Source: Chiloscyllium plagiosum (lineage: Eukaryota). Taken from it: a DNA stretch of 32,900 nucleotides. Each line of letters starts with the position of its first letter. Positions within the stretch are counted from its first letter, which is position 1. This document shows positions 32,761 through 32,900 of the stretch, one piece after another. The notes under the pieces are model-generated. The model ran no database searches and was not told the DNA's origin. It saw only the letters and a list, made by a program, of their open reading frames with translations. Location of the stretch: assembly GCF_004010195.1 (NCBI RefSeq), contig NC_057751.1, forward strand, positions 8,152,137 through 8,185,036, in the 5' to 3' direction. The translations under genes and the position numbers were made by a program.

Positions 32761-32900
32761 GCACACCTCGGCCTCCAGAAAACACCAGACCCGTCAGACA
32801 CAAGATTTTTGCTCAGCGCCCTTGTCACTTCCTCTGATTATCAATCTTCCCTTCCCTCCTCAGACCCGAGGCACAATCCCGACCCCCCCCCCCCCCCCAA

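Larger units (their letters stand above)
31840..32900. promoter_or_regulatory. Moderately CpG-enriched, TE-free segment with a GC box and G-runs; possible flank of a promoter/CpG island
   Basis: Roughly 35 CpG in ~1.05 kb by manual count; GGGGCGGGA at 32509-32517; G-runs 32504-32541; C-run at the window end. Confidence 0.45.

Noticed and set aside
1..32900. CRISPR arrays, prokaryotic operons or defence systems
   Set aside because: The sequence is vertebrate repeat-rich DNA with no regularly spaced repeat-spacer array or dense coding structure

Overview
Repeat-rich, apparently non-coding (intergenic or intronic) vertebrate DNA. The repeat content (HE1-type V-SINEs, CR1 LINEs, Deu-domain SINEs) points to a cartilaginous fish, most likely a shark. 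I find no credible cellular protein-coding gene: the ORFs are LINE/Penelope remnants or unrecognisable chance ORFs. Much of the window is CR1, L2 and Rex-like LINE fragments plus several tRNA-derived SINE families, often nested. The most notable signal is at least 8 minimal hammerhead-ribozyme motifs (CUGANGA - stem II - GAAA - palindromic stem III - NUH) on short Penelope-like element ends from about 4 families. Four motifs have intact catalytic cores, and several insertions have 7-14 bp target-site duplications. Also present are a CpG-island/enhancer-like block (~21.2-21.9 kb), a promoter-like CpG/G-rich right end, and a 228-bp local duplication of a SINE-SINE junction. Repeat family names come from recalled consensus motifs, not database searches, and boundaries without TSDs are approximate.
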